Shown here one piece after another: positions 47,747 through 58,583 of a stretch of 64,000 bases of DNA. The notes under the pieces are model-generated. The model saw only the letters and a list, made by a program, of their open reading frames with translations, was not told the origin of the DNA and did no database searches. The translations under genes were made by a program, and so were the position numbers. The stretch is from an uncultured Verrucomicrobiae bacterium (GTDB lineage: Bacteria > Verrucomicrobiota > Verrucomicrobiia > Chthoniobacterales > UBA10450): the NCBI GenBank assembly GCA_963815455.1, contig CAWFGO010000003.1:256001-320000 (forward strand). Reading direction: 5' to 3'. Position 1 is the first letter of the stretch; the number at the start of each line of letters is the position of its first letter.

Positions 47747-50700
47747 TTATGAATTGTTGTGCAGCACGCGATCAACCGTGCGCAATAATCTCTGGCGGGT
47801 ATAAGGCTTGTTCAGAGATGCTTGCACGCCCACATTGCTCAACTCGGCCTCGCTAAAGTCGCTGTCACGGGCGGTAGAGAGAATGATCTTTGTCTCGCTA
47901 TTCATTTTGCGCAGGATGCGCGCGAGCATTAAACCACTCATGATCGGCATCTCTGAGTCGGTAAGAACGATGGCGACCTCTTTCGGTCGCTGCGCAAAAA
48001 TGGCAACCGCTGACGGCCCGTCGTCAGCAATCAACACGTTATAGCCGCTCTGGGAAAGAACGGCTTTTGCGACCTGGCGGATGGCGGTCTCATCATCGAT
48101 AAGAAGGATGGTTTCTCCATGGCCGTTAGGAATATCGGCCTCTGCTTCGATCTCCGCCGGCGGCAGAGCGCCCGGTGCGGCGGGTAATAAAACTCGGAAC
48201 GTAGTCCCTTTCACACCACAGTAAGCATTCACGTTCCCTCCGTGACTCTTCACAATCCCAAGAACCGTCGATAGTCCAAGGCCGGTGCCCTTGCCGAGTT
48301 CCTTCGTCGTAAAGAAGGGATCAAAAATCTTGTCGATAAGATGCGGGGGAATGCCACTCCCGGTATCGATGACATTGATAAGAACATGAGGGCCGGGCTT
48401 AAGACCGGGCGTCATGGCTGCATAATGCTCGTCGACGTCGAAATTTTCAGCGCTGAGCGAGAGATTGCCCCCTTCCGGCATGGAATCTCTGGCATTCACA
48501 CACAGGTTGAGCAGCACCTGATGGAGTTGGGTGGGATCGCCTTCGATCAGCCACAAGTCCTCGGGGTGACTTGTGTGCACCCGGATCGCCTTGGAGAAAG
48601 TTTCTTCTATCATCTTTGTTACCTCGGCCAAGAGATAGATTGGTTGCAGGAGGACGCGGTCGCCATCGGCCCCGCGGGCGAAGGTGAATACCTGCCGCAC
48701 GATTTGAGCGCCGCGCTGAGCGCTTGACTCGACGAGATCCAGGAATTTCAGGCGTTCCTCCTTTGGGATGTCCTTTCGCAGGATCGGCGCCGCGAGCAAA
48801 ATCGGAACCAGGATGTTGTTTAAATCATGCGCCACACCACTCGCGAGCGTGCCAATGCTTTCCAGTCGCTGCGCCCGCAGCAGTTGTGTCTCGAGCTTTT
48901 TCTGTTCGGTGATGTTGGTGTTTATTATTAGGACCGAGCGCGGTGAATCGTCGTGATTGCGCACAAGCGTGGTCCGGCTATCCACAATCAATTGTTTCCC
49001 ATCCTTGGTTACGTGCCTGGTCTCGCTGAGGTATTTACCGGTGGCGAGGAGAGTTTTTGTGAGCGACTCGACCTGTTGTGGATCGGTCAGGTTTAATTCG
49101 CTCATGGATCGGCCGAGCACTTCGTCCGCGCCCCAACCGTACAAACTTTCCGCGCCCTTGTTCCAAAAAATGATCCGCTCATTCTTAAAATCCCGAACAA
49201 TGATGGCGTCGTGCGCGCGATCGATTATGTCCGCTTGTTCCCGCAACCGTTCTTCCGCCTGCTTCCGCTCGGTAATATCTCGGATGAAACCCGTAAACAT
49301 CGGAGGTTCTTGCAAACCAATCCGGGTAATGGCGAGTTCCACTGGAAACTCCGAATTGTCACTCCGCATTCCTGTCAGTTCGATGTGCTTCCCAAGCATG
49401 GGAGCTTCGCCCGTGGAAAGGTAATGCGTTAAACCGCGCTGGTGACGCTCGCGTAACGGTGGCGGGATAATCAGATCTGCCAATACCTGGCCAATCGCTT
49501 CGTCGCGTTGGTAGCCGAAGGTTTTTTCAGCGGCGGGATTGAATTCAACAATCCTGCCCTGATGGTCCATGGTAATGACACAATCCAGGGCCGATTCCAG
49601 GACTGAGCGCATGCGCTCTTCACTCTCGCGAATCGCGTCTTCCGCCTTTTTTTTCTCCGTGATGTCAATGGCAATCGCGAGGTGCGCGGCCCGGCCTTCA
49701 AACTGGATATTCGTCGTGTAAACATCCGCGAAGAGAATTTCCCCGCTCTTTTTGCGATGGCGCCAGGTACCGCTGTATCTCGATCGCTCTCCCTTTTCGT
49801 TAGCGGCACTCACCTTGGAGGTTTCCATCAACGCGGGGACATCCTCTGGCGGCCGAATGTCGCGAATGGTTATCTCCAGAAATTCCTCTCGCGAGTAGCC
49901 GTAATGTTCAACGGCCGCATCATTGACAGCCAAAAAGGCGAACGTCTCTGCGTCATACACCCAGGTCGGATTTGGATGCGTCTCGAACAGAATTCGATAT
50001 TGCTTCTCCTGACGCCGCAACGCTTCCTCGGCCTCTTTGCGATCAGTTATATCGCGAAAAGTTACCACTCCGCCGGCGATCTCTCCGTGCTCATCGCGAA
50101 GCGGAGCAGTGACATAATCAACTGGGAAGCAAGTTTTGTCCGAACGCCAAAAAAACTCACTGCTGCGATGTCGCACAATCCCGTCGTGCAATGTTTGGTA
50201 GATTGGACATTCTCCTTTCGGATACGTCGATCCGTCTGCGTGCGAGTGGTGAATGGTCTCGTGAGCCGGCTTTCCGATCAAGTCTTCAGCTTGCGCCCCA
50301 AGCAGTCTGGCCGCGGCGGCATTTTCGAAAATGATCGTCCCATCCAGCCCGATGCCGTGGATTCCTTCGCCGACTGATCGTAATATTAGTTCGTACTGCC
50401 GTCGCAGGCTGCCGAGCGCCTCCTCGCTTCGTTTGCGTTCGGTAACATCCGTGTTGATGGCCAAAACGGACTTAGGTCCCCCTTTCTCGTCCCTCACCAA
50501 CGTCCACCGGGCGGCGACGATTATCTCGTCGCCAGACTTGCGTACCTGGCGCAGCTCCCCAGTCCACTCGCCCTGTTTCATCAACTTCTGAGTGGCCGCC
50601 CGAAATTCACAATGCCCGTGGTAGAGCAGATCGGAAACTTTGCGTCCGAAAACTTCGTCAGCACTCCACCCGTAAAGACGTTCCGCGCCCTTGTTCCAAA

Positions 50701-51319
50701 ACTGGATTCGTTCTTCGAGATTGCGGATCAGGACTGCATCGTGCGCCAAGTTAATGATGTTTGCCTGTTCGCGCAGGCGCTCTTCCGCTCGTTTTCGCTC
50801 AGTGATATCTGTCCAAACGCCAACCGATCCCGTTGCCTCACCAAATCCGTCCCGCACGACACGATTGTTGTCTTCAACCCAGTGGTAGCTCCCATCCTTA
50901 TGCCGAACACGGTATTCTATCGAGTAACCGTCACCCGATAACGACTCGTTTAGAGTATTCAGCACATGCTCGCGATCATGCGGGTGCAAACTCTCCAGCC
51001 ACCACTCGTGGGTTGCTTCCTCCACCCTGACACCAAGCAAACGTTCTATATTGGCGCTCACTACCGTCGCTGTGACGTGGTGATCTTCAATTTTGAGGCA
51101 GTAAATCACCGCGGGACTGTGCGCGAGCAGCTGACGCAGTTGCTCGTCCGTGGAATGCAGCTCTGGGGCTGCCCGCTTACGTTCTTTCCGCAATGGCATG
51201 GGAATAGGATTTTCAGTTTTTGCTACGATCTTTAGAAACTGAAGTTTGCGAGATTTTTCACGATATCGATAATCAGACCAACCGCCTTTCACTCCCGCCG
51301 CTAACCTTCGATATCGCAA
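47747..51319 (-). CDS. Multi-PAS hybrid sensor histidine kinase
   Basis: About six PAS/PAC repeats, 'AHDLNN', 'DPFFTTK..GKGTGLGL', C-terminal REC; start uncertain (~51199). Confidence 0.9.
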   Translation of the reverse strand: MRYRRLAAGVKGGWSDYRYREKSRKLQFLKIVAKTENPIPMPLRKERKRAAPELHSTDEQLRQLLAHSPAVIYCLKIEDHHVTATVVSANIERLLGVRVEEATHEWWLESLHPHDREHVLNTLNESLSGDGYSIEYRVRHKDGSYHWVEDNNRVVRDGFGEATGSVGVWTDITERKRAEERLREQANIINLAHDAVLIRNLEERIQFWNKGAERLYGWSADEVFGRKVSDLLYHGHCEFRAATQKLMKQGEWTGELRQVRKSGDEIIVAARWTLVRDEKGGPKSVLAINTDVTERKRSEEALGSLRRQYELILRSVGEGIHGIGLDGTIIFENAAAARLLGAQAEDLIGKPAHETIHHSHADGSTYPKGECPIYQTLHDGIVRHRSSEFFWRSDKTCFPVDYVTAPLRDEHGEIAGGVVTFRDITDRKEAEEALRRQEKQYRILFETHPNPTWVYDAETFAFLAVNDAAVEHYGYSREEFLEITIRDIRPPEDVPALMETSKVSAANEKGERSRYSGTWRHRKKSGEILFADVYTTNIQFEGRAAHLAIAIDITEKKKAEDAIRESEERMRSVLESALDCVITMDHQGRIVEFNPAAEKTFGYQRDEAIGQVLADLIIPPPLRERHQRGLTHYLSTGEAPMLGKHIELTGMRSDNSEFPVELAITRIGLQEPPMFTGFIRDITERKQAEERLREQADIIDRAHDAIIVRDFKNERIIFWNKGAESLYGWGADEVLGRSMSELNLTDPQQVESLTKTLLATGKYLSETRHVTKDGKQLIVDSRTTLVRNHDDSPRSVLIINTNITEQKKLETQLLRAQRLESIGTLASGVAHDLNNILVPILLAAPILRKDIPKEERLKFLDLVESSAQRGAQIVRQVFTFARGADGDRVLLQPIYLLAEVTKMIEETFSKAIRVHTSHPEDLWLIEGDPTQLHQVLLNLCVNARDSMPEGGNLSLSAENFDVDEHYAAMTPGLKPGPHVLINVIDTGSGIPPHLIDKIFDPFFTTKELGKGTGLGLSTVLGIVKSHGGNVNAYCGVKGTTFRVLLPAAPGALPPAEIEAEADIPNGHGETILLIDDETAIRQVAKAVLSQSGYNVLIADDGPSAVAIFAQRPKEVAIVLTDSEMPIMSGLMLARILRKMNSETKIILSTARDSDFSEAELSNVGVQASLNKPYTRQRLLRTVDRVLHNNS

Positions 51320-51420
51320 CTGCTCCCAGCAATTGGGAGAAACCTTAAATCAGGCTGTGGAAAACCTTACCTCTCGCGCGCGATGAAACCGTGGTCCGAC
51401 GATCCAATCCCGACAAAATC

Positions 51421-52074
51421 CTATCGCTCTGCCGAGATCAAACCACTGCGAATTGCGTATCGCACCAAGCCGGGAATGTCATGGATGTTCAATCGTTCCA
51501 TTAGTTGCAGTCGATGGGATTCGATCGTTTTTACGCTGACGTTCAGCTGGCAGGCGATCTCCTTCGTATTCGTTCCTTCCGCGATCAGTTGCAGGATTTC
51601 GCGCTGGCGCGGCGTGAGGTGTTCGAGCGGCCCCGACTCGCCACCGACTCGTTCGAGGTAGTTATCGATCACGGTCCGCGAAATCGAAGGGCTTAGGTAG
51701 GTCTTGCCTTGTGCGACCGAATTGATGGCGAGTTCCAGCTCCGCTGTCGCCGCGTCTTTAAGCATATATCCGGCAGCGCCGTTCCGCAACGCGCGAATGA
51801 CGTATTCCTCATTTGCGTGTGCAGAAAGGATGATCACATTTACGCTCGGGAAATCCTTCGTGATTCGCGGCAGCGCCTCCAGCCCTCCCAGTTCCGCCAT
51901 TGCGATATCCATCAAGACAAGGTTTGGCAGCTCTGATTTCACTAATTCCAGCGTCTCGCGCCCGCTGTTAGCTTCACCGATCACTTCGACATTGGGAATC
52001 TTCTCGAGTAGTGCGCGGATACCAGCACGCACGAGGGCATGATCGTCAGCGAGCAACACACGTGTTGCATTCAT
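51421..52074 (-). CDS. NarL/LuxR family response regulator
   Basis: REC + HTH. Confidence 0.93.
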   Translation of the reverse strand: MNATRVLLADDHALVRAGIRALLEKIPNVEVIGEANSGRETLELVKSELPNLVLMDIAMAELGGLEALPRITKDFPSVNVIILSAHANEEYVIRALRNGAAGYMLKDAATAELELAINSVAQGKTYLSPSISRTVIDNYLERVGGESGPLEHLTPRQREILQLIAEGTNTKEIACQLNVSVKTIESHRLQLMERLNIHDIPGLVRYAIRSGLISAER

Positions 52075-53891
52075 TTTGCAAGATTGCGATTCTCGCGCTC
52101 GGGCCGAACGGTTAACGGCAGAGATACGTCAATCGTCGTTCCTTTATTTGGCGACGAGATAGTCTTTGCCCGCCCACCGACCAAGCAAGCACGTTCTTTT
52201 ATTCCGATCAAACCAAGACCAATCCCTTGCCGTGATTCGACGTCCAAGCCGACGCCGTTATCGCGAACCAGAAGTCGCAATTTCCCGTTCTTGCATCGAA
52301 GATCGAGATCGATGTGCGTAGCATGGGCGTGGCGCAGCGCGTTGGTGATCGCTTCTTGCGCAATGCGGAAACAAGTTGTCTGAATTTCCGGATCGAGCTT
52401 CTCCGGCGTATTTTTCTCGGAAAAACGCACTTCCACCGACGCACGGCGTCCTTGTTGGTCGAGCAATGAACGGAGCGCGGGAACCAACCCCAGGTCGTCA
52501 AGCATCGACGGACGCAGATCGAGGGAGATCTGTCGCACCTGGCCGAGCAAGCGGTCGAGAATTGCGGTCGTCTCTTGGACCCGCGCAACGGTTGCACTAC
52601 CGCCGTTACCTGTGACCGATTGCAGATTGATCTTGGCCGCGGTCAGCGCCTGGCCTATTTCATCGTGCAACTCTCGTGCGAGATGACGCCGTTCCTCTTC
52701 TTGAACCTCGAATAACCGGCGCGAAAGAAATCGCAGTTGACGATTCGCCTCTTCCAGTTCCTTCGCCGCCCGCTTCCGCTCGGTGATGTCCTGCAAAACA
52801 CAGGCGATTCGATCGATTCCGCCTGGGCCTTCAATCGGAGAGTAAGAGACGAGGATGTCGCGTTCGCCGTGCTGCTCGAAGTGGTATTTTGTTTCGTATC
52901 GGACCGAGTTGCCCTGCAGACACTCGTCGAATCGCGGCTTTACGACGGTTTCAAAAACCGCGCCAGTCAGCAGGTCGGGCACCAGTCGCCCGATCAATTG
53001 TTCGCGCTCCATCGCATGGTGTTTCAAGTAAGCGCGGTTGGCGAGCAGGTAGCGGTAATCGCGATCCACTACGATGATCATCTCCTCCAAGCCCTCGACA
53101 ACTCTCTCGTATTCCCGCAACCGTTCCTCGACGCGTTTGCGCTCGGTGATGTCGCGCGCCACACAAAACAGCAATCGATCGCCGTTGAGCCGGGCGCTTG
53201 TCGCGCAAACCTCGACGTCGAAGATGGAGCCATCTTGGCAGCGATGACGCGTTTCAAATACGGAACTTCCGTCCCCCAGTTTCTGGATTCTTTCCCGGAT
53301 CTCTTGACGATCCCACTGCGCATCCCAATCCGCGATGTTCAAACCTTTCAGGTCCGCCAGTGTGTACCCGCGCCGCTGCAGGAAGGCCGCGTTCGCTTCC
53401 TCCAAATTGCCCTCTTCGTCCACGACATAAATCGAATCCGTCGAGGTCTCCATCAGCGTCTTGTAACGCAGCGCTTGCGCATCGAGCGCCTTCTCCGTTT
53501 GGGTCAGTTCAGAAATGTCGACGCTGGCCCCTCCCACCATCACCACAGCTCCATCCTGATCAAGAATTGGAAACTTACTGACTATCTGCCAGCCTTGTTC
53601 CTTCGGAAAAGGCTCTATTGTTTGCAGGGCATTTTTCGTTTGAATGACCTGATTATCATTCGCGCGATAAGTCGATGCGATTTCCGCCGGCCAAAGCTCG
53701 GCATCGGTTTTCCCCACGGCATTGCGTAGTTGGCGGAAGGTCTCGTTTATATAGACATACCGGCCTTCGAGATCCTTTATCCAGGCGAAGCCTGGCATGT
53801 GATCCATAAACGCGGTGAAAAGCTTCTCGCTTTTGTGCAACGCTTCTTCGGCGCGCTTGCGCTCTTCAATATCGGTGTTCGTCCCTACCAT
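52071..53891 (-). CDS. PAS-domain HisKA_3 histidine kinase, N-terminally truncated
   Basis: 'LARELHDEIGQ', 'GLGLIGIKER'; begins within a PAC motif. Confidence 0.8.
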   Translation of the reverse strand: MVGTNTDIEERKRAEEALHKSEKLFTAFMDHMPGFAWIKDLEGRYVYINETFRQLRNAVGKTDAELWPAEIASTYRANDNQVIQTKNALQTIEPFPKEQGWQIVSKFPILDQDGAVVMVGGASVDISELTQTEKALDAQALRYKTLMETSTDSIYVVDEEGNLEEANAAFLQRRGYTLADLKGLNIADWDAQWDRQEIRERIQKLGDGSSVFETRHRCQDGSIFDVEVCATSARLNGDRLLFCVARDITERKRVEERLREYERVVEGLEEMIIVVDRDYRYLLANRAYLKHHAMEREQLIGRLVPDLLTGAVFETVVKPRFDECLQGNSVRYETKYHFEQHGERDILVSYSPIEGPGGIDRIACVLQDITERKRAAKELEEANRQLRFLSRRLFEVQEEERRHLARELHDEIGQALTAAKINLQSVTGNGGSATVARVQETTAILDRLLGQVRQISLDLRPSMLDDLGLVPALRSLLDQQGRRASVEVRFSEKNTPEKLDPEIQTTCFRIAQEAITNALRHAHATHIDLDLRCKNGKLRLLVRDNGVGLDVESRQGIGLGLIGIKERACLVGGRAKTISSPNKGTTIDVSLPLTVRPERENRNLAK

Positions 53892-54238
53892 CTTAGTTCC
53901 AATTCGGCCGTCGCTGCATCTTTAAGCATGTAACCGGCTGCGCCAGTTCGCAGCGCGCGAATGACGTATTCCTCGTTCGCGTGCGCGGAAAGAATGATCA
54001 CTTTTACACTCGGGAAATCTTTTGCGATTCGTGGCAGCGCCTCCAGTCCGCTTAATTCCGCCATCGCAATATCCATCAACACAAGATCCGGCAGCTTTGA
54101 TTTCACTAATTCCAACGCCTCTCGCCCCGTGCCAGCTTCGCCGACCACTTCGACATTCGGGATTCATTCGACCAAGGTCCGAATACCGATGCGTACCAGC
54201 GAATGGTCGTCAGCTAACAATACACGTGTCACAGTCAT
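53885..54238 (-). pseudogene. Truncated NarL-type response regulator (REC only, internal TGA)
   Basis: Close paralog of 51421..52074; TGA at ~54164; ends after 'DAATAELEL'. Confidence 0.75.
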
Positions 54239-55654
54239 TTTCCAATACGACCGCCTACGGACTCGGGTTGAAGGCTTAAAGGCAAAGATATATCGATCGT
54301 CGTTCCCTTATTTGTTTCTGAAATAATTTTGGCCTGCCCACCAACGAGGGCCGCGCGCTCTTTTATTCCGATCAGACCAAGCCCAGCCGTTCGCGACTTG
54401 ACGTCGAAGCCAATGCCGTTATCGCGAATCAAAAGTCGCAATTTTTCATTCTCGCGATGAAGATCGACATCGATTCGCGCGGCTTTGGCGTGACGCACAA
54501 CGTTGGTGATTGCTTCCTGAACAATGCGAAAACATGTCGTCTGTATCTCTGCGTGAAGATTTTCCGGCACGTCGTGGGGAGAAAAGTGCACCTCGATTGA
54601 TGCGCGACGTGCCCTTTCATCGAGGATAGAACGCAACGCCGGGACGAGTCCAAGGTCATCCAGTATGGATGGGCGCAAATCGAGGGAAATCCGCCGGACC
54701 TGTCCGAGCAGCCTGTCCAGGATCGCGACCGTTTCCTGGAGCTTCGGAGAGATTGAAGCGCCGCCGTCACGCATCGCGGATTGCAAATTGATTTTTGCGG
54801 CCGTGAGCGCCTGGCCGACTTCGTCGTGCAATTCACGCGCGAGATGGCGACGTTCAATTTCCTGCGCCTGCACCAGTTGTTGCGAAAAGCTGCGCAGCAG
54901 AAGCGTGCGCTCTTGCAGTCGATCTGTTTGTGAGGTGAGCACCACGACTACCAGGATCATGACGTTGGCCGCGCCGAGGCCAAGAACACCTAGAGCGGGG
55001 ACCGGGACCGCGTGGGACAAATTCGGCAGCACATCGGATATAGTAAAACTGGTGCCAGCCATCGCGGTGTAATGCATGGCTGAAATTGCGGCCCCAAGCA
55101 AAAGCGCGCTTCCAAACTTGCCCCCTATGTGACCGATGGAGGTTTCTCTGAAAAAGAACATTAACCAGAGCGACGAGAGCGAAAATCCTATTGCGACTAC
55201 GACCGAAAGGCTCACCAGCGGCGGCGAGTAATGGCACATTGCCTTTAGTCGCATTGAATCCATCGCGACGTAATGCAGAGCCACGATGCCTCCGCCCATG
55301 AAAATGCTGGCGCACATGGCGCGCACGAAACCCATTTTCTGCCGGCTCACGACAAACAAGCCCAAGAGGGTGGCGAAAAGACTAGCTAAGTAGGATAAAA
55401 AAGCTGTCGGCCAATCATACTGCACCGGAATCGGCAAACAAAAGGCCAGCATTACCGACGTAATGCATCGACCAGGTGCCGATTGCCATGGCGATGCTGC
55501 CGCCGATCCACCAATACAATCGAGTTCGGCTGCGAGATTCGGTAACTCGTTCCGCCAGTTCAATCGTGCAGTAGCCGCCCATCACAGCGACTAAAACCGA
55601 CAGAGTGACGAACCCGTAATCGTAGTATCCGAGCATGAGCTCCCCAGGAGTCAT
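54235..55654 (-). CDS. MHYT-domain HisKA_3 histidine kinase; frameshift near 55450
   Basis: 'WSMHYVG', 'LHYVAM', 'MHYTAM', 'LARELHDEVGQ'. Confidence 0.85.
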
Positions 55655-55946
55655 AGGCTGCTCCTTCGTCTCCTGAAATTGAGGAAGTCTCTTTCGCCGC
55701 TTTTGTCGCGGACGAGAGCTGTCGATCTTGCGCGGCTATAGAAGTCCCGCGGCCGTCGCCCTGTTCGGCCTGGCACCCCACCGACGATTCGCTCTGGGGA
55801 GTATGCTCTCTATATTAGTACAATCGAAATTCGAGCCGCCGCGGTCTTGCCACACTTAAACTTCTATGCTCGAACCAAGAGCAAGTCTCAGTGCATCCGA
55901 TAATGAGCTCCCTGCTCTTAATAGTAACAGCTCCACTTTTTCAAAG

Positions 55947-56019
55947 TGGAGCCTAGGGGATTCGAACCCCTGACCTCCTCAATGCCATTGAGGCGCTCTA
56001 CCAACTGAGCTAAGACCCC
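55947..56019 (-). tRNA. tRNA-Ala (GGC)
   Basis: ggggtcttagctcagttggtagagcgcctcaatGGCattgaggaggtcaggggttcgaatcccctaggctcca; CCA not encoded. Confidence 0.96.
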
Positions 56020-56155
56020 GAAGGAATTGCTGATCTTAGATTGCTGATGGCTGATTGCAACTATCGCGCGACAATTGAAAATTATCGCCTTTGGAGTCGT
56101 CGCGCCACGGCTTCAACGCTGGCCGACGCGTTCATTTTGCCACGCCTGCGAAGGG

Positions 56156-56860
56156 CTACCGCAATCGAAAGCTGGGAGAATATAACTTCTTCGCCGCAAC
56201 CAAGCCAGGCAGTGCGATAAGCAGGAGGGCCAGAGTGGAACCACCCTCGGGAACGGAAGGGCCCTTTGCCGTGACCGTCATACTGCTGACGGATGTGCCG
56301 TCGAAATTCAGGCTCAGAATCTGGCCGCTCAGGTTCCCAATGACCCAAGGGTTAGCGAAGGCGATGCTAGTAACCATCGGAGTGCCAAGCGGAATGCCGA
56401 AGTCGGGATCACCCGCAACCGCAGGGGAAAAAATCCCAGCGAAACCAAAGCCTAATATGAGATCGGCCAGACCGGCACCCGATACCGACGATGGAGTTCC
56501 GTAATCCTGGAAGTAGTAATGGCCCGAACTCGCGTCCGTGGCAAAACTGCCTATCATGCCGAAATCAAAAACGGACATGGCAGCGAATTCCCCAATACCG
56601 TCGCCGACTATACCCCCGGCGTATACATCCGTATCGCTTGTGGTCATGCCGGTGATGCTGAATGCGACGCCCGAGAGATCAATCGGACCCATGCCAAGAT
56701 TCACGAAAGAGCCGCTGGCGGCCGTCATGCTGAAGCTATAATTTAGCAGTACGGCCCGGGCATTGCGTGCAGGTCCAAACGCTACGAGCACGCATGCGGC
56801 GAGTGGGGCGAGCCAGGCAGATGTGCGACCCAAATTGAGAAGGGTTTTTGGATTTTTCAT
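56156..56860 (-). CDS. VPDSG/PEP-CTERM-like sorted surface protein
   Basis: Signal peptide; C-terminal 'SVPEGGSTLALLLIALPGLVAAKK'. Confidence 0.8.
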   Translation of the reverse strand: MKNPKTLLNLGRTSAWLAPLAACVLVAFGPARNARAVLLNYSFSMTAASGSFVNLGMGPIDLSGVAFSITGMTTSDTDVYAGGIVGDGIGEFAAMSVFDFGMIGSFATDASSGHYYFQDYGTPSSVSGAGLADLILGFGFAGIFSPAVAGDPDFGIPLGTPMVTSIAFANPWVIGNLSGQILSLNFDGTSVSSMTVTAKGPSVPEGGSTLALLLIALPGLVAAKKLYSPSFRLR

Positions 56861-57087
56861 TGGTGGTAAGTCTCCGGCTTATTTTTGATGAATTGTGCTC
56901 GCTGCCGCCGTTGTCGGGGCGAGCCATTTACACTGCATCACTAATCGTGCCAGCGACGCGCGCTTCCGGGACTGGAATCGCCTCTCACGAGGGCAAAATA
57001 TTTGAAAAAAAATCCTGCGCTGATCGTCGCTTTCTAAAACGTGTAAGGCATCCCGACGATTCCGGGACGATTGTTAAAGATTCCAGA

Positions 57088-57897
57088 TCACCGCGCGACG
57101 ATTGAAATCATCGCTTTTTGAGCAAGATCGACAATCTTGTCGCGCTCCAGCAGGAGCGTCTTGCCCGCTTCGACCGCGATGACGCGCAACTTCGCCTCGG
57201 TCGCGACTCGGATCGTTTCTACTCCGATCACCGGTACATCGAACCGCATGTCCTGATCGGGCTTGGCCGCTTTGACCATGACCGCGCCTTCGCGCGCCAG
57301 CGCACCACCGCGCTTGATCGCTTCGTTCGTTCCTTCAAACGCTTCCACCGCCAGCACCGTCCCGTTTTTCACAATCACGGTCTGACCAACGTCGAGCCGG
57401 GCCACTTCCTTGACGATATTCCACCCAAGATCGACATCGCCTTCCTCGCGCCGCGATAATTTTGGTCCGACGATCAACCCGGCCGGCGCCAGCGAATCTT
57501 CCAGGAAACTCGTAGCCGGCAGAAGTTCGACACCGATTTTGGTCAGCTCGTTAGCGATCGCGGCAAAAATTGATTCGGCATTCCGCTGTTTCAAACGCAC
57601 GAGTAGAAGCAGCGCTTTCCAATCCGGGCGCAGGTCGAACAGATTCGACGGCGCGATCTGCCCCGCCATGATCGCGTGCTGAATTTTCTGCGCCCGAAAG
57701 AATTTGAGCAACCGGCTCAATTGTCCAACCCGCATCCACTCAATAAGATCGACATGTTCCGCCAAAGCCGGATCGGTTTCATCGGTGAACGCGGTCGCGA
57801 CAATTTTCTTTACTCCGGCCTTGCGCGCAGCGTCGGCCAGTTCTCGTGGATAAACCCCGTTCCCCGCAATAATTCCGAGGATCTCCGGCGATTGCAC
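57088..57897 (-). CDS. lpxI: UDP-2,3-diacylglucosamine diphosphatase LpxI
   Basis: 'LGIIAGNG', 'DVGQT', 'EAFEGT', 'QDMRFDVP'. Confidence 0.93.
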   Translation of the reverse strand: MQSPEILGIIAGNGVYPRELADAARKAGVKKIVATAFTDETDPALAEHVDLIEWMRVGQLSRLLKFFRAQKIQHAIMAGQIAPSNLFDLRPDWKALLLLVRLKQRNAESIFAAIANELTKIGVELLPATSFLEDSLAPAGLIVGPKLSRREEGDVDLGWNIVKEVARLDVGQTVIVKNGTVLAVEAFEGTNEAIKRGGALAREGAVMVKAAKPDQDMRFDVPVIGVETIRVATEAKLRVIAVEAGKTLLLERDKIVDLAQKAMISIVAR

Positions 57898-57910
57898 TTC
57901 TCAAAGAGTC

Positions 57911-58132
57911 TTATGCGACTGCAGCGGCTTCATGCCGAAGGAGCAGCAAATCCGATCGCTTCAATTCTTTGAGCGCAATGGTCTGGCCCTTGGAGTCCAA
58001 AAACTCGATCTCAAAGACGTCTGGCGCCAGGACCTCAACTACTGTCCCCACTTGCCCGGCAACCAGCCCTTCGTTAGGCTGGTCAACCAGCAACGCGACT
58101 ACGTCGAGCAGTTTCACCGGCGGCGTTTGCAT
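57911..58132 (-). CDS. DUF4926 family protein
   Basis: 'LLDVVALL', 'GQVGTVVE', 'FEIEF'. Confidence 0.85.
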   Translation of the reverse strand: MQTPPVKLLDVVALLVDQPNEGLVAGQVGTVVEVLAPDVFEIEFLDSKGQTIALKELKRSDLLLLRHEAAAVA

Positions 58133-58139
58133 CGGATAT

Positions 58140-58471
58140 TCATAGCACGTAACAGCTGACCAATCGAGGGAAAGTCTCTCCGATGCGCACAATCCAGACA
58201 CTTCGTAAGCGGGCCGATCTCTCCTCACGCCTGGTCAGGAAATCAATCAGGTAGCGTTGTCCAAACTCCGTTTTTCGCCCAAGCTGGCATGGCTCGTTGT
58301 GCGCAGCCTCCAGCAATTTCCCGCGTAGCCATTCGGCATCTTCCTTCGTTAAACCGAGAGCTGCCCTGAAAACTCGCGCCTTATGTTTTCCTTCCCGGTG
58401 TCCAGAATTCAGGGAATAATCGCGAAGCTTAACGATGTCCACAATGCGTTCCCGCCATTTGGCAGCTTCAT
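58140..58471 (-). CDS. DUF6883-like protein (frameshift near start)
   Basis: 'MKLPN', 'KLRDYSLN..H.EGKHKARVF', 'PRLVSCY'. Confidence 0.75.
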
Positions 58472-58583
58472 TTGAAGCTGAGCAACCGGCTTAATTGGCC
58501 AACGCGCATGGTGGGCTCATTTTAGGAATTGAGCGGAAGAGCAAACATGAAAACAAGATGACCGCGTGGTTGGCGAGCAGGTG

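Noticed and set aside
58495..58577. gccaac...gttggc inverted ends as an attC site
   Set aside because: The inner L boxes and spacing do not fit attC geometry convincingly, and no integrase is present.
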